Shown here piece after piece: positions 12,279 through 24,033 of a DNA stretch of 64,000 nucleotides. The stretch's first letter is position 1. The number at the start of each line of letters is the position of its first letter. Below the pieces are notes generated by a model that was not told where the DNA came from, searched no databases, and saw only the letters and a list, made by a program, of their open reading frames with translations. This DNA comes from an uncultured Chloroflexia bacterium. Lineage in GTDB: Bacteria > Chloroflexota > Limnocylindria > Limnocylindrales > CSP1-4. The translations under genes and the position numbers were made by a program. The stretch lies in contig CAWEYL010000001.1 of assembly GCA_963813335.1 (NCBI GenBank), forward strand, positions 416,001 to 480,000, written 5' to 3'.

Positions 12279-13342
12279 GATCCGAACCCGCCGTCGAGCA
12301 TGATCGCGAAGACCATCGCCGACCCGATGGCCAGCACCGCCCCGAGCAGCCCGACGAGGAAGCGGTCCTGTTGGCGCTCGGCGGCGGCGCCCGGGCTGCC
12401 GTAGGCGATCAGGAGCGGGCCATCGGGCACGGCCGCCACCACGAGCGTGTCGGGCGCGATCGCGAACGTGCGCTCCACCCGCGCCGCCTCCGCGGCGTCC
12501 CCGAGCGGCAGCGGGTCGGCCGCGGGGTCGATCGTCGCCGGCCGGACCGGGCGACCGATCCCGAACCCGGGGATCGCGGCATTCCCCCAGGCCTCGGCCG
12601 GGTCGTCGGCCAGGGCACCAGCCTCACGCGCCTCGGCGAGGTCCATCGCGACGTCGGGATCGTCCGCCAGGCCGTCCGACCCCAGGCCGACGTCGGCGCC
12701 GGCCGGGTCGCCCACGTCGCCGAAGGGGAGCGCCTGGCCGACGATCGTGATGAGGTCGCCCGGCTCGAGCCGCGACTCCCGATAGCCGCGGGCGCGCCCG
12801 CCCGTCGTCAGGAACGCGGGATCCGCCGAGCCCTCCGGTACGCGGACCCGCAGCAGGTCCTCGATCTGCGCGGCCGTGTCGGGCTCGGCGGCGCGGAACG
12901 CGCCACCGCTGCGCAGCGCCAGCCCGGCCGGCGGCTCGCCGAACGTGCCGGACCTATCGCCCCAGCGCTCGGGCGCATCGATGTGCGCGCCACGTGGGAA
13001 GACGCGCAGGTCGCCCGAGCCGTCGCGGATGCGGAAGCCCACGGCGCGCTCCTCGACGAGGCCGCCGCCGGTCGCGGTCCCGTCGTCGCCGTCGTCGATG
13101 ACCGCGCGGTAGTAGACGCACGGCACGCTCTGGAGCAGCGAGACCAGCGTCACCTCGGCCGGTTCGATCGTCCCGCTGACGCGGACCTCGCCGGCCGCGA
13201 TCGAGGCGATCGCCGAGGTCGACGTGTCGGCGATCCGGGTGGCCATCCCGCGCCCGCGCATCCCGCGGCCGAGAAGCGCCAGGCCGCCGGCGACCCCCAC
13301 CGCGGACACCGCCGCGACCGACGGGATGAAGGTGACGTCCAC
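12275..13342 (-). CDS. GIDE/BAM-like domain membrane protein
   Basis: TM helices at both ends, IADTSTSAIASIAAGEVRVSG, PCVYY, FRIRDGSG, ESRLEPGD; adjacent to lemA. Confidence 0.75.
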   Translation of the reverse strand: MDVTFIPSVAAVSAVGVAGGLALLGRGMRGRGMATRIADTSTSAIASIAAGEVRVSGTIEPAEVTLVSLLQSVPCVYYRAVIDDGDDGTATGGGLVEERAVGFRIRDGSGDLRVFPRGAHIDAPERWGDRSGTFGEPPAGLALRSGGAFRAAEPDTAAQIEDLLRVRVPEGSADPAFLTTGGRARGYRESRLEPGDLITIVGQALPFGDVGDPAGADVGLGSDGLADDPDVAMDLAEAREAGALADDPAEAWGNAAIPGFGIGRPVRPATIDPAADPLPLGDAAEAARVERTFAIAPDTLVVAAVPDGPLLIAYGSPGAAAERQQDRFLVGLLGAVLAIGSAMVFAIMLDGGFGS

Positions 13343-13495
13343 CCGGCCATCGTACGGGAGCGGACGGCCCGGATGGGGCGGTGCGGCGCGGCCCCGGCGA
13401 GTCGGCCATCCATGACGCCGCCGCGATCCTCGTGTGCTAGCCTCGGCCCCGGATACGACGAGGGCCAGTCCTCACCAGCCGATGGAGGGTCGCCG

Positions 13496-13990
13496 ATGCG
13501 GTTGAGCGAATGGAGCGACGCGGCGCCGCGGCAGAACGCCATGACCCCCAAGGTCACGGCCACCATCCAGAGCGCCCTCGAGCTGCTGGGCGCCGAGCCC
13601 GACCCGGAATGCTGGGTCGCCTGGGGCGAGGACCCGACCGTCCGCTACCTCATCTTCGTCGTGACCGCCGCCGGCATCCTGCAGGTCAACGTCCGGGTCA
13701 ACGTGCCGGGGGAGGGGCCGCGGGCCTCGGGCAAGCTCGTCCGCTGGAACCGCATCCAGATCGGCGAGCTCGCGGTCGAGATCCAGGGCGGTCACCGGCT
13801 GCTCAACTTCCAGCTCGAAGGCGTCCTCCTCCGCGGCCAGGACGACAGCGCCGACGACGTCGGCGAATTCGCGCAGGCCGTCTTCTTCGCCATGGACAAG
13901 ACGGGCCGTTCCGCCGACGGCGCCGACGAGGCCCCCACTCGTCGTGGCCCGCCGCCGATCCCGCAGTTGCCCCCGCCCAACCCGACGTGA
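13496..13990 (+). CDS. Hypothetical protein
   Basis: GGAGG SD, ATG 13496, GC3-rich frame, stop overlaps next start (GTGA). Confidence 0.75.
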   Translation: MRLSEWSDAAPRQNAMTPKVTATIQSALELLGAEPDPECWVAWGEDPTVRYLIFVVTAAGILQVNVRVNVPGEGPRASGKLVRWNRIQIGELAVEIQGGHRLLNFQLEGVLLRGQDDSADDVGEFAQAVFFAMDKTGRSADGADEAPTRRGPPPIPQLPPPNPT

Positions 13991-14661
13991 CCCGCGTCGC
14001 CGCGGTCATCTTCGACCTCGATGGTGTGCTCGTGGACTCCGAGATCTGGTGGGACGAGATCCGCACCGGCTTCGCCCGGCGACATGGCCGGGCGTGGACC
14101 GGCGAGGACCAGGCGGCGGTGATGGGCGCGAACTCGGCGGGGTGGGCGCGGATCATGCGCGAGCGCCTGGACCTGGACCTGCCCGAGCCGGAGATCGAGC
14201 AGGAGATCGTGGACGCCGTCGTCGCCCGCTACCGGACGGAGGGCGCCCCGCGCATCGATGGCGCGGTCGATGCGGTCCGCCGGATCGCGGCGGACCGGCC
14301 GGTCGCCGTGGCGTCATCGGCGCATGGCGCGGTCATCGAGGCGGCCCTCGCCGCGACAGGCCTGGCCGAGGTCTTCGAGGTCGTGGTCTCCTCGGACGAG
14401 GTCGCCCATGGCAAGCCGGCCCCGGACGTCTATCTCGAGGCGGCACGGCGGTTGGGGGTCGACCCGACGAGCTGCCTGGTGGTCGAGGACTCGAGGAACG
14501 GTGTCGCCGCGGCGCGAGCGGCGGGCATGACCGTCGTGCTCGTCCCGAACGACAGCGTCCCGCCGGCGGCCGGCACCGCGGACCTCGCCGACGTCGTCAT
14601 CCAGCGGCTCGCCGACCTCGACCCCGATGCCGTCGAGCGCCGCGTCGTGGCGGGGCGATGA
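13987..14661 (+). CDS. HAD-superfamily phosphatase
   Basis: FDLDGVLVDSE, ASS, GKPAPDVY, VEDS. Confidence 0.93.
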   Translation: MTRVAAVIFDLDGVLVDSEIWWDEIRTGFARRHGRAWTGEDQAAVMGANSAGWARIMRERLDLDLPEPEIEQEIVDAVVARYRTEGAPRIDGAVDAVRRIAADRPVAVASSAHGAVIEAALAATGLAEVFEVVVSSDEVAHGKPAPDVYLEAARRLGVDPTSCLVVEDSRNGVAAARAAGMTVVLVPNDSVPPAAGTADLADVVIQRLADLDPDAVERRVVAGR

Positions 14662-15434
14662 GCGCCGATCGGCCCCCGGCCGGTGCGGCGGTCCACCCGA
14701 TCCGCCGCTCGATCCGCTACTACATCGCCCGGATCGCGGCGTCGGCGATGACCCGGGCCTGGATGCGGCCGCGCCTCGAGGGGCGCGAGCGGCTCCCGGC
14801 AGGCCCAGCCATCTACTGCTTCAACCACATGAGCTGGTCGGACCCGTTCATGCTGATGGCGACGCTGCCCTGGCGGCCGCGCCTCTTCTTCTTCGGTCCG
14901 CGCGAGGAGGACATGCGCGTCGGCGGCCGGAACCGGGTGATGTTCTGGACCGGCACCGCGATCCCGTACAAGCCGGGCAAGAACGACCTCCTCGAGGCGA
15001 CGCGGCGCGTCGGCGCCGCGATCGAGGGCGGCGGGGTCGTGGCGATCGCGGGCGAGGGTCGGATCCATCCCGGCGAGACCGACCTCCTCCCGCTGAGCGA
15101 GGGCGCCGCCTACTTCGCCATCCGCTCGGGCGTCCCGCTGGTCCCGCTCGCCATCAGCGGCACGAGCTGGCTGCGCTTCGGCGGGCGCGTCCGCGTCGTG
15201 GTGGGGGAGCCCTTCGCCGTCAGCGGGCGGCCGACCCGCGAGGCCATCGACACCCTGACCGCCGAGCTGTGGACCCGGCTGCACGACCTCGTCCGCGACG
15301 CCCCGCCGGTGGCGCCACCGGGCCGCATCGGCCGCTGGCTGACCGAGCAGTTCAACGAGTGGCCCGAGGGCTCCCGCGAGGCGGCCCAGGCGGCCTCCAC
15401 GCCCGATCGGGCGGACGCTCCCACCGCCGCCTGA
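14658..15434 (+). CDS. Lysophospholipid acyltransferase (PlsC-like)
   Basis: NHMSWSD (HxxxxD), AGEGR, VPLVP. Confidence 0.88.
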   Translation: MSADRPPAGAAVHPIRRSIRYYIARIAASAMTRAWMRPRLEGRERLPAGPAIYCFNHMSWSDPFMLMATLPWRPRLFFFGPREEDMRVGGRNRVMFWTGTAIPYKPGKNDLLEATRRVGAAIEGGGVVAIAGEGRIHPGETDLLPLSEGAAYFAIRSGVPLVPLAISGTSWLRFGGRVRVVVGEPFAVSGRPTREAIDTLTAELWTRLHDLVRDAPPVAPPGRIGRWLTEQFNEWPEGSREAAQAASTPDRADAPTAA

Positions 15435-15485
15435 CGGGCGCGCTCTGGCATACTTCGGGCCGTTGACGCAGGCACAGGAGGGACC

Positions 15486-15851
15486 GTGGGCGCTACCGGG
15501 CTGTCGGGTGATCCGGCCGAATACCGCACCCGCCTCCTCGACCAGAGCGATGGCCAGATCGACGCCTGGGCCGCCGAGACGATGCGCGACGTGGCGATCC
15601 GCCGCGGCGTGATCCGCGTCGTCGAGGACTTCCGCCGGGCGGCCCGTCTCGACGAGCCAGGTTTCGAACGGGTGTTCGCTTCCGGTGGCGGCCCGCCAGC
15701 GAGCATCGGCCGCGACCGCGACGGCAACCTGATGGTGCCGGCGATCGCCCTCCACGCCCTCGTCCCGGGCATCCATGCCCAGGTCAAGGACGGCCGTGAC
15801 CGCCTCGTCGAGTACCTCGTCGAGAACTTCGAGGAGATCGTCTACGTCTGA
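15486..15851 (+). CDS. Hypothetical protein
   Basis: AGGAGG SD, GTG start, GC3-rich frame. Confidence 0.75.
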   Translation: MGATGLSGDPAEYRTRLLDQSDGQIDAWAAETMRDVAIRRGVIRVVEDFRRAARLDEPGFERVFASGGGPPASIGRDRDGNLMVPAIALHALVPGIHAQVKDGRDRLVEYLVENFEEIVYV

Positions 15852-16737
15852 GGCGCCTCGAGCGCCTCGGCCGGGGGAGCCGTCCCTCGCCGGCCGCCTT
15901 GCCGGCTGGGTCCGCCTCGCCCACCCGTTCCCGTCGCTGCTCGACGGTCTCGCCACGGCGGCGATCGCGCTGGTGGCCGCCGGGGAGGCCCCGACGGCCG
16001 TCCGCCTCGGCGTCTCGATGACGGCGCTGCAGGCGTCGATCGGGATCCTCAACGACGTGGTCGATGCGCCGCGTGACGCCGGGCACAAGCCGTCGAAGCC
16101 GATCCCGGCCGGGCTCGTCGACCCGGGTCGGGCCAGGGGCGGGCTCCTGGTCGCGGCCGGCGCAGGACTGACGCTGGCCGTCCCCTCCGGGCCGGCGGTC
16201 GCCGCCCTCGCGGCCCTCATCCTCGCGATCGGATACGCCTACGACCTCCGGCTCAAGGGGACGCCCTGGTCGTGGGCGCCGTTCGCGGTCGGCATCCCGC
16301 TCCTCCCGGTCTTCGCCTGGCTCGGGGCGACCGGCACGCTGCCGCCGTTCATGGGCCGGCTGGTGGTCGCGGCCGTGCTCGCCGGGGCCGCTTTGGCGAT
16401 CGGAAACGCACGGGCGGACGCGGAGCGCGACCTCGCGGCGGGTGCCCGCTCCGTGGCGACCGAGCTCGGGCTCGGGCGCTCGTGGTGGCTCGGGCTTGGC
16501 CTGGTGGTCGCGATCCTCGCCGTGGCGGTGGGTCCGGTGGCCGACAGCGTGTCGGCCTGGTCCGCCCCGGCGCTTCCCCTGGCCGGGGTCGTCGCCGGAG
16601 CAGGGCTCCTCCTCGCCGGGGTCGCCGTCGGCCGTCGCGGGAGCCCCGCCCGGCGAGAACGGGCGTGGGAGCTCCAGGCCGTGGGGATCGCGTTGCTCGC
16701 GGTGGGCTGGCTGGGCGTGGTCACCGCCCAGTCCTGA
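15775..16737 (+). CDS. UbiA family prenyltransferase (start uncertain)
   Basis: LNDVVDAPRD..HKPSKPIPAG, YDLRLK, NARADAERD, many TM helices. Confidence 0.85.
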   Translation: MPRSRTAVTASSSTSSRTSRRSSTSEAPRAPRPGEPSLAGRLAGWVRLAHPFPSLLDGLATAAIALVAAGEAPTAVRLGVSMTALQASIGILNDVVDAPRDAGHKPSKPIPAGLVDPGRARGGLLVAAGAGLTLAVPSGPAVAALAALILAIGYAYDLRLKGTPWSWAPFAVGIPLLPVFAWLGATGTLPPFMGRLVVAAVLAGAALAIGNARADAERDLAAGARSVATELGLGRSWWLGLGLVVAILAVAVGPVADSVSAWSAPALPLAGVVAGAGLLLAGVAVGRRGSPARRERAWELQAVGIALLAVGWLGVVTAQS

Positions 16738-16741
16738 GCGA

Positions 16742-17779
16742 TCAGCCCGGCTCGTCGCTCCGGACCATGGCGATCACGTTCTCCAGCTTGAGCTTGGAGA
16801 TCGTCAGGTACTTCGCGAGGTTCGCCCGGTCGGTGGACGGGATCGAATGCCGGACCGTCGGATCGCGCAGCACGTCGACCAGCTCTTCCACGGCCTCGCC
16901 GAGGCGCTGCTTGGCGTCGACCAGTGAGTTCTCGCCGATCGGCTGGCGGGCCGCGGGCGACCAGTCCTCGGCGGCGGCCGGCGCGGGCGCGGGCGCGGCG
17001 GCCGCGACGGGAGCCTCGACCGCCACCTCGTCCCTGACGGTCGCCGGCTCGTCGGCCGGCTCGTCGTGGACCGGCCGGGTGCGCCGGCCCTCGATCTTGT
17101 CGCGGAGCTTGATGAGCGTCAGCTCGCCGCGGGCGACCTGGGCGGCCAGCCGTCGTCGCTTGCGCGGGTCGTCGACCTTCATCAGCTCGTAGGCGTGCGA
17201 CAGCGTGTCTTTGCGCAAGGACACCAGCTCGCGAACCTCGGGCGGGGCGTCCGCGAGGCGCAGGCGGTTCTCGAGATAGCCCTTGTCCTTGCCGAGCTTG
17301 TCCGCCAGCTTGCGGATGCTGTAGCCGTGCTCGCGGACCATGCGGTCGTACATCGCCGCTTCGTCGAGCGGCGAGAGGTCCTCGCGCTGGAGGTTCTCGA
17401 TGATGGCGATCTCCAGCGCCGTGTCGTCGTCGATCTCCTCGATGAGCGCCGGGATGGTATCGAGGCCCGCGATGCGGGAGGCGCGCCAGCGGCGCTCGCC
17501 GGCGATCAGCTGGAACCGCGTGGCGTCGAGGGGACGGACGAGGATCGGCTGGAGCACGCCGTGCTCGCGGATGGACGCCGCCAGCTCGTCGAGCGTCGCC
17601 TGGTCGAACGCGAGGCGCGGCTGCTCGGGGTTCGGCTCGATGCGATCGATGGCGACGATCCGCACACCGACCGACCGGACGGGTCCGTCGGACCCGAGCA
17701 GGCTGATGATGGCGGGGGAGAGCTCCCGATCTTCGGACAGTCGCCGCGCGGCCGCGGCTCGGAAATCAGGCCGGGACAA
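16742..17779 (-). CDS. parB: ParB/Spo0J partition protein
   Basis: [27 protein letters not shown] motif, [13 protein letters not shown]. Confidence 0.95.
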   Translation of the reverse strand: MSRPDFRAAAARRLSEDRELSPAIISLLGSDGPVRSVGVRIVAIDRIEPNPEQPRLAFDQATLDELAASIREHGVLQPILVRPLDATRFQLIAGERRWRASRIAGLDTIPALIEEIDDDTALEIAIIENLQREDLSPLDEAAMYDRMVREHGYSIRKLADKLGKDKGYLENRLRLADAPPEVRELVSLRKDTLSHAYELMKVDDPRKRRRLAAQVARGELTLIKLRDKIEGRRTRPVHDEPADEPATVRDEVAVEAPVAAAAPAPAPAAAEDWSPAARQPIGENSLVDAKQRLGEAVEELVDVLRDPTVRHSIPSTDRANLAKYLTISKLKLENVIAMVRSDEPG

Positions 17780-18536
17780 GGTCGATCACCTCCCGTGCCA
17801 GCTCGCGGTAGGTGCGAGCCGCATCGCTCGACGTCGCGTACGACGTGATGGGCCGTCCGACGAGGGGTGCCTCGCCCAGCTTCACCGTGTTGCGGACGAT
17901 GCTGTTGAAGACGTGGTGATCGCCGACGACGCGCAGCTCGTCGAGCATGTCGCGCGCGAGATTGGTCCGGCCGTCGAAGAACGTCGGCAGGAGACCGAGG
18001 ATGCGCAGGTCGCGATTCAGCTTGACCCGGATCAGGTTGATCACCTTGACCAGGTTGTTGAGCCCCTTCATCGCGTAGTACTGCGTCTGGACCGGGATGA
18101 TCACCCCGTTCGCCGCGACGAGGCCGTTCACGGTCAGCAGCCCAAGGTTCGGCGGGCAGTCGATCAGCACGTACTCGTAGTCGCTGACGTGACCGTCGAG
18201 CGCTTCGCGCAGGATCTGCTCGCGACCGAGCGCCGTGAAGAGCTCGCCTTCCGTCGAGGCCAGGTCGATGTGCGCCGGTGCGACATCGATCCCGGCGATC
18301 TCGGTCGGCAGGATCACCTCTTCCAGGCTGGACCGGCCATCCGCGAGGACGTCGGCCATGGACCGCTCGACGGTGTTGAGGTTGATGCCGAGGCCAGCGG
18401 TGAGGTTTGCCTGCGGATCCATGTCGATGCACAGGACCCGATGGCCCTCTTCGGCTAGCGCACCGGCCAGGTTGATCGCGGTGGTCGTCTTGCCGACGCC
18501 GCCCTTCTGGTTCGCGATCGCGATCACGTTCGTCAC
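17766..18536 (-). CDS. parA: ParA/Soj ATPase
   Basis: [10 protein letters not shown] deviant Walker A, DMDPQAN, IDCPP. Confidence 0.96.
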   Translation of the reverse strand: MTNVIAIANQKGGVGKTTTAINLAGALAEEGHRVLCIDMDPQANLTAGLGINLNTVERSMADVLADGRSSLEEVILPTEIAGIDVAPAHIDLASTEGELFTALGREQILREALDGHVSDYEYVLIDCPPNLGLLTVNGLVAANGVIIPVQTQYYAMKGLNNLVKVINLIRVKLNRDLRILGLLPTFFDGRTNLARDMLDELRVVGDHHVFNSIVRNTVKLGEAPLVGRPITSYATSSDAARTYRELAREVIDLVPA

Positions 18537-18620
18537 CGGGGCATCACCTCGAATCGATCGTCCGTCGGCATCCCGCGTCAGCGGGGAAGGGGAAGCGTGC
18601 GCGCCATCCTACGCCCTTCA

Positions 18621-18698
18621 TGTGGCTAACGCGACCCGGGTTATCCACAGCATCGCAGAGTTGTTCACCGAATCTGTGGATATCCGCCATGTGGAGAA
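18621..18698. promoter_or_regulatory. DnaA-box cluster between divergent parA and carboxyltransferase promoters
   Basis: TGTGGCTAA 18621, TTATCCACA 18641 (perfect), TGTGGATAT 18675, TGTGGAGAA 18690, weak TTGTTCACC 18661. Confidence 0.75.
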
Positions 18699-18778
18699 CC
18701 GGACCCGGATGGCGCCGCCGCGCCGGTATGATGGCGACTGTCCTTGCGCAAAGACGCCAGATGGGAGCGGACCGAGCC

Positions 18779-20320
18779 GTGTCTGACAACGACGAACGAC
18801 TCCACCGACTCGACGCGACGCGCCGGCAGTCCATGCTCGGTGGCGGGACCGAACGCATCGAGCGCCAGCACGCCGCCGGCAAGCTGACGGCACGCGAGCG
18901 ACTCGAGCTGCTCCTCGACGCTGGCTCGTTCGTCGAATTCGACGCGTTCGTCACCAGCCACGACCGCGATCCCGACGCGATCCTCGGCGATGGCGTCGTC
19001 ACAGGGCATGGGACGATCGATGGTCGACTCGTCTTCGTCTTCAGCCAGGACTTCACGGTCTTCGGTGGGTCGCTGGCGGAAGCGCACGCCGGCAAGATCT
19101 GCAAGATCATGGACATGGCGATGAAGGTCGGTGCGCCGATCGTCGGCCTCGACGATTCCGGCGGCGCTCGCATCCAGGAGGGCGTCGCGTCGCTCGGTGG
19201 TTACGCGGAGATCTTCCTGCGCAACGTGATGGCGTCGGGCGTCGTCCCGCAGATCTCGGTGATCCTCGGCCCGTGCGCCGGTGGCGCCGTCTACTCGCCC
19301 GCGATGACGGACTTCACGATCATGGTGGAAGGCACCTCGTACATGTTCGTCACCGGTCCCAGCGTCGTGAAGGCCGTGACCAACGAGGACGTCGACGCCG
19401 AGTTCCTGGGCGGTGCGGTGACGCATACGACGCGCAGCGGTGTGGCCCACCTCGCGGCCCGTGATGAGGCGACCGCGTTCGACCAGGTCCGTGCCCTCCT
19501 GGCCCACTTGCCCCAGAACAACCTTGCCGACCCTGTCGTCGTGGCATCAGACGACCCGGCGGATCGCGCGGATGGCGGACTCGACGCGATCATCCCGGCC
19601 GACGCACGCCATGCCTACGACATGCACGAGGTGCTGTCGCGCATCGTCGACGACGGGGACCTGCTCGAGATCCAGCCGGGTTGGGCGGCCAACATCATCG
19701 TGGGTTTCGCACGGCTCGGCGGTCGCAGCGTCGGCATCGTGGCGCAGCAGCCATCGGTGCTCGCCGGCGCGCTCGACATCGACGCATCGGTGAAGGCGGC
19801 GCGGTTCGTGCGCACCTGCGATGCGTTCAACGTGCCGATCGTCACGTTCGTGGACGTCCCCGGCTTCCTGCCCGGCGTCAGCCAGGAGCACGGCGGGATC
19901 ATCCGCCACGGCGCGAAGCTGCTGTATGCGTATTGCGAAGCCACCGTCCCGAAACTGACCGTCATCACGCGGAAGGCGTACGGCGGTGCCTACGACGTCA
20001 TGAGCAGCAAGCACATCCGCGGTGACGTCAACCTGGCCTGGCCCACGGCGGAGATCGCCGTCATGGGCGCCGAGGGCGCGGTGAACATCCTCTACCGCGA
20101 CGAGATCGCGGCCGCGGCGGATCCAGCGGCCGAGCACGCCCGGCTCGCGGCCGCCTACGAGGCGGACGCCCTGGATCCCTACATCGCGGCCGGGCGCGGC
20201 TACGTCGACGACATCATCAGGCCGTCCGAGACGCGCTCCCGCCTGGTCCGCGCGCTGGCCATGCTCGCCGACAAGCGCGACACGAATCCCCGGAAGAAGC
20301 ATGGCAACATCCCGCTCTGA
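18779..20320 (+). CDS. pccB: Acyl-CoA (propionyl-CoA) carboxylase carboxyltransferase subunit
   Basis: [46 protein letters not shown]; GTG start after GGGAG. Confidence 0.93.
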   Translation: MSDNDERLHRLDATRRQSMLGGGTERIERQHAAGKLTARERLELLLDAGSFVEFDAFVTSHDRDPDAILGDGVVTGHGTIDGRLVFVFSQDFTVFGGSLAEAHAGKICKIMDMAMKVGAPIVGLDDSGGARIQEGVASLGGYAEIFLRNVMASGVVPQISVILGPCAGGAVYSPAMTDFTIMVEGTSYMFVTGPSVVKAVTNEDVDAEFLGGAVTHTTRSGVAHLAARDEATAFDQVRALLAHLPQNNLADPVVVASDDPADRADGGLDAIIPADARHAYDMHEVLSRIVDDGDLLEIQPGWAANIIVGFARLGGRSVGIVAQQPSVLAGALDIDASVKAARFVRTCDAFNVPIVTFVDVPGFLPGVSQEHGGIIRHGAKLLYAYCEATVPKLTVITRKAYGGAYDVMSSKHIRGDVNLAWPTAEIAVMGAEGAVNILYRDEIAAAADPAAEHARLAAAYEADALDPYIAAGRGYVDDIIRPSETRSRLVRALAMLADKRDTNPRKKHGNIPL

Positions 20321-21878
20321 CGCGGGGGCGCTCCACGACCCGTCTTTGCACAAAGACGGCCGGCCGTTCCAACGGGTCCTCATCGCCAACCGCGGCGAGA
20401 TCGCCATCCGGATCATCCGGGCCTGTCGCGAGCTGGGGATCGAGACGGTGGCGGTGTTCAGCGACGCGGATGCCGGTGCGATGCACGTCCGTCTCGCCGA
20501 CACCGCGGTCAGGCTCGGGCCTGCTCCCGCCGCCGAGAGCTACCTGCGGATCGACGCCCTCCTCGAGGCGGCGGCCTCGACCGGTGCCCAGGCCGTCCAT
20601 CCGGGATACGGGTTCCTCGCCGAGCGGGCGGCATTCGCCCGGGCCGTCACCGGGGCCGGGCTGGTCTTCGTCGGACCGACCGCCGAGGTCATCGCGACCC
20701 TGGGCGACAAGCTGGGTGCGCGGCGGCTCGCGCGCAGCGTCGGGGTCGAGACGGTCCCAGGGACGCTGGACGCCGCGCCGGTCGACCGGCCCGACGCGGT
20801 GGCGGCCGTCGTCGCCGAAGCCGAGGCGATCGGCTTCCCGCTGCTCGTGAAGGCGGCCGCCGGCGGCGGGGGACGAGGCATGCGCCGCGTCGAGCGGGCC
20901 GTGGACCTGCCAGCCGCGCTGGCGACCGCGTCGGCCGAGGCCGCGAGCGGCTTCGGCGACGGGACGGTCTACCTCGAACGGGAGGTCCGCCCGGCACGAC
21001 ACGTCGAGGTCCAGCTGCTCGGCGACGCGAGCGGAGCCGTCGTGGCCATCGGCGAGCGCGACTGCTCGATCCAGCGCCGCCACCAGAAGCTCGTCGAGGA
21101 GGCGCCGGCGCCGGGGCTCACCCGCGAGGCACGCCTGGCCCTGCACGACCGCGCGGTCCGCATCGCCTCGGCCGCAGGCCTGACCAACGCGGCGACCGCG
21201 GAATTCCTGCTCGAGCCCGGCGGCGCGGTCTGGTTCCTCGAGGTCAACACGCGCCTCCAGGTCGAGCACGGGGTCACCGAGCTCGTGAGCGGGCTGGACA
21301 TCGTCCGCGAGCAGCTCTGGCTGGCGGGGGGCCGGCCCCTGTCCGAGGCGGCCCGTGGCGCCGCGGCCGGGGCAGGGGACCCGACGAGGCATGCCATCGA
21401 GGTCCGCCTGACCGCCGAGGACCCGGGCCGAGGCTTCGCGCCGACGCCCGGCACGATCCGGCACTGGGCGATGCCGTCCGGCCCGGACGTCCGGGTCGAC
21501 ACGGCGGGCGAGGTGGGCGCTCGCGTGCCGCCCGACTATGACAACCTCGTGGCCAAGCTCATGGTCGTCGCGAGCGACCGGCCAGCCGCCATCGAGCGCC
21601 TCCGGACGGCGCTCGATGCGACCGAGGTCGCGGGGATCCAGACGACGCTCCCGTTCCATCGGTTCGTGGCTGGCGCCCCGGCGTTCCGGGAGGCGGACCT
21701 CTCGATCGACTGGGTCGAGGCGAACTGGGACGGCGAGGCGGCCCGTCTGGCCGCGCTGCGGGCCGCGGTCGACGCGGCCGCTGCCGCCTGGCGCCCCCCG
21801 CTGCCCGCGGCGACGCCTCGGGCGGCCGGCTGGCGGGCGGCGGCGCGAACGGATGCCGTCGACCGGTGGCCACGGTGA
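20301..21878 (+). CDS. Biotin carboxylase
   Basis: [46 protein letters not shown]. Confidence 0.95.
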   Translation: MATSRSDAGALHDPSLHKDGRPFQRVLIANRGEIAIRIIRACRELGIETVAVFSDADAGAMHVRLADTAVRLGPAPAAESYLRIDALLEAAASTGAQAVHPGYGFLAERAAFARAVTGAGLVFVGPTAEVIATLGDKLGARRLARSVGVETVPGTLDAAPVDRPDAVAAVVAEAEAIGFPLLVKAAAGGGGRGMRRVERAVDLPAALATASAEAASGFGDGTVYLEREVRPARHVEVQLLGDASGAVVAIGERDCSIQRRHQKLVEEAPAPGLTREARLALHDRAVRIASAAGLTNAATAEFLLEPGGAVWFLEVNTRLQVEHGVTELVSGLDIVREQLWLAGGRPLSEAARGAAAGAGDPTRHAIEVRLTAEDPGRGFAPTPGTIRHWAMPSGPDVRVDTAGEVGARVPPDYDNLVAKLMVVASDRPAAIERLRTALDATEVAGIQTTLPFHRFVAGAPAFREADLSIDWVEANWDGEAARLAALRAAVDAAAAAWRPPLPAATPRAAGWRAAARTDAVDRWPR

Positions 21879-22330
21879 GGCGGCTCCGGGTGACGGACCG
21901 GGCGACCGGCACCGTCCTCGCCGAGGTGGACCCGGTCCGGGCCCCCGCCGGGACCCCGGGCGACCCGCCCCGACGTGCCCTGATCCTCCCGCTCGACGGC
22001 GGCGCCCTCGAGGTCGTGCTCGATGGCTGGCGGTTCGAGCTCGTGGTCGAGGACGCCGAGCAGGCGGACCTGCGCGACCGCGCCACGTCCTCTGCGAGCG
22101 CCGCGGCTCACGACGGGCCGCTCGACATCCGTGCCATCATCCCGGGACGGGTCGTCTCGGTGGCTGTCGTGGCCGGTGACTCGGTAGTCGCCGGCAGCCG
22201 GCTCCTCGCGGTCGAGGCGATGAAGATGGAGAACGATGTGCGTGCTCCGCGCGACGGGCTGGTCGAGCGAGTGGCCGTGGCCGCAGGCGAGACGGTCGAC
22301 CTTGGCGACCTGCTGGTGATCCTGCGATGA
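21875..22330 (+). CDS. Biotin carboxyl carrier protein
   Basis: EAMKM biotinylation motif; GTGA overlap. Confidence 0.92.
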   Translation: MRRLRVTDRATGTVLAEVDPVRAPAGTPGDPPRRALILPLDGGALEVVLDGWRFELVVEDAEQADLRDRATSSASAAAHDGPLDIRAIIPGRVVSVAVVAGDSVVAGSRLLAVEAMKMENDVRAPRDGLVERVAVAAGETVDLGDLLVILR

Positions 22331-24012
22331 GCGGCCGCGACCGCCCGACCGGCGAGGGGCAGGACGCCGCCCGGGAGCGCTGGCGGGCGACGCTCCGGGC
22401 CAAGGCGCTCGGCGCGGCCCCGGAGCGACGCGCGGTCTTCGAGACCTCGTCCGGGATCGAGGTCCGCGACGTCTACACCGCCGCGGACACGGCGGGTCTC
22501 GACGAGACCCGCGACCTCGGCCTGCCCGGCGAGTACCCGTTCACCCGGGGCGTCCAGCCGACGATGTACCGGAGCCGGTTCTGGACGATGCGCCAGTACG
22601 CCGGCTTCGCCACCGCGGAGGAGACCAACCGACGCTTCCGCTTCCTGCTCGACCAGGGCCAGACCGGGCTGTCCGTCGCCTTCGACCTGCCGACCCAGAT
22701 GGGCTACGACTCGGACGCCCGCGAGGCAGAAGGGGAGGTGGGCCGGGTCGGCGTGCCGATCTCGAGCCTCGTCGACATGGGCGTGCTGCTCGACGGGCTC
22801 CCGCTCGGCGAGGTCAGCACCTCGATGACCATCAACGCCACGGCGCCGATCCTGCTGGCCCTCTACGTGGCCGCCGCCGAGGCGCAGGGCGTCCCGCGCG
22901 AGCGGATCAGCGGGACCACCCAGAACGACATCCTCAAGGAGTACATCGCCCGGGGCACGTACATCTTCCCGCCGCGCCCCTCGATGCGCCTCGTGACCGA
23001 CGTCTTCGAGTTCTGCGCGACCGAGCTCCCCAGGTGGAACACCATCTCGATCTCGGGCTATCACATGCGCGAGGCCGGGGCGACGGCCGCGCAGGAGCTG
23101 GCCTTCACGCTGGCGGACGGGATCGCCTACGTCGAGGCGGCCGTGGCGCGCGGGCTCGACGTCGACGACTTCGCCGGGCGGCTCAGCTTCTTCTTCGCGG
23201 CCTGGTCGGAGCTGTTCGAGGAGGTCGCCAAGTTCCGCGTGGCCCGAAGGATGTGGGCGACGATCATGCGCGAGCGCTTCGGCGCATCGAACGCCCGTTC
23301 GCTTTTGTGCCGGTTCCACGTCCAGACGGCCGGGTCCAGCCTGACCGCGCAGTCGGTCGACAACAACGTCGTGCGGACCACGATCCAGGCGCTCTCCGCC
23401 GTGCTCGGCGGCGCCCAGAGCCTCCACACGAACGCCCGGGACGAGGCGCTCGCGCTGCCCACCGAGGAGGCCGCCCGCCTCGCCCTGCGGACCCAGCAGA
23501 TCATCGCCCACGAAGCGGGGGTGACCGAGACCCCCGACCCACTCGCCGGCTCGTACTACGTGGAATCGCTGACCAACGAGCTCGAAGCCGCCGCCTGGGC
23601 CTACCTCGACGAGATCGAGGCGATGGGCGGGACGCTCGTCGCCATCGAGCGCGGGTTCCAGCAGCGCGAGATCCAGGAGGCGGCCTACCGGGTGCAGCGA
23701 GCGATCGAATCGGGGGACCAGGTCGTGGTCGGCGTCAACCGGTTCCGCGACGACGAGGTCACCACCCCGCCGATCCACCACATCGACCCCGCCGGCGAGC
23801 GCCGCCAGATCGAGCGCGTCCGGCGCGTCCGGGCCGAGCGCTCGGCGCCCGATTGGGAGGCCGCGATGGCAGAGCTCGGCCGGGTCGCCGCGGGCGAGGG
23901 CAACCTGATGCCGTCGATCCTCGCCGCGGTCCGTGCCCATTCGACCGTCGGCGAGATCAGCGACCGGCTGCGGGTCGGCTGGGGCGAGCACCGCGAGCTC
24001 ATCACGGTCTGA
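22327..24012 (+). CDS. Methylmalonyl-CoA mutase, substrate-binding subunit (no B12 domain)
   Basis: [47 protein letters not shown]; no DxHxxG domain. Confidence 0.94.
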   Translation: MSGRDRPTGEGQDAARERWRATLRAKALGAAPERRAVFETSSGIEVRDVYTAADTAGLDETRDLGLPGEYPFTRGVQPTMYRSRFWTMRQYAGFATAEETNRRFRFLLDQGQTGLSVAFDLPTQMGYDSDAREAEGEVGRVGVPISSLVDMGVLLDGLPLGEVSTSMTINATAPILLALYVAAAEAQGVPRERISGTTQNDILKEYIARGTYIFPPRPSMRLVTDVFEFCATELPRWNTISISGYHMREAGATAAQELAFTLADGIAYVEAAVARGLDVDDFAGRLSFFFAAWSELFEEVAKFRVARRMWATIMRERFGASNARSLLCRFHVQTAGSSLTAQSVDNNVVRTTIQALSAVLGGAQSLHTNARDEALALPTEEAARLALRTQQIIAHEAGVTETPDPLAGSYYVESLTNELEAAAWAYLDEIEAMGGTLVAIERGFQQREIQEAAYRVQRAIESGDQVVVGVNRFRDDEVTTPPIHHIDPAGERRQIERVRRVRAERSAPDWEAAMAELGRVAAGEGNLMPSILAAVRAHSTVGEISDRLRVGWGEHRELITV

Positions 24013-24033
24013 CGAGGAGCGTACGCTGCCGCC

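Noticed and set aside
6134-13400. Island at tRNA-Asn
   Set aside because: No mobility gene or att repeat noticed.
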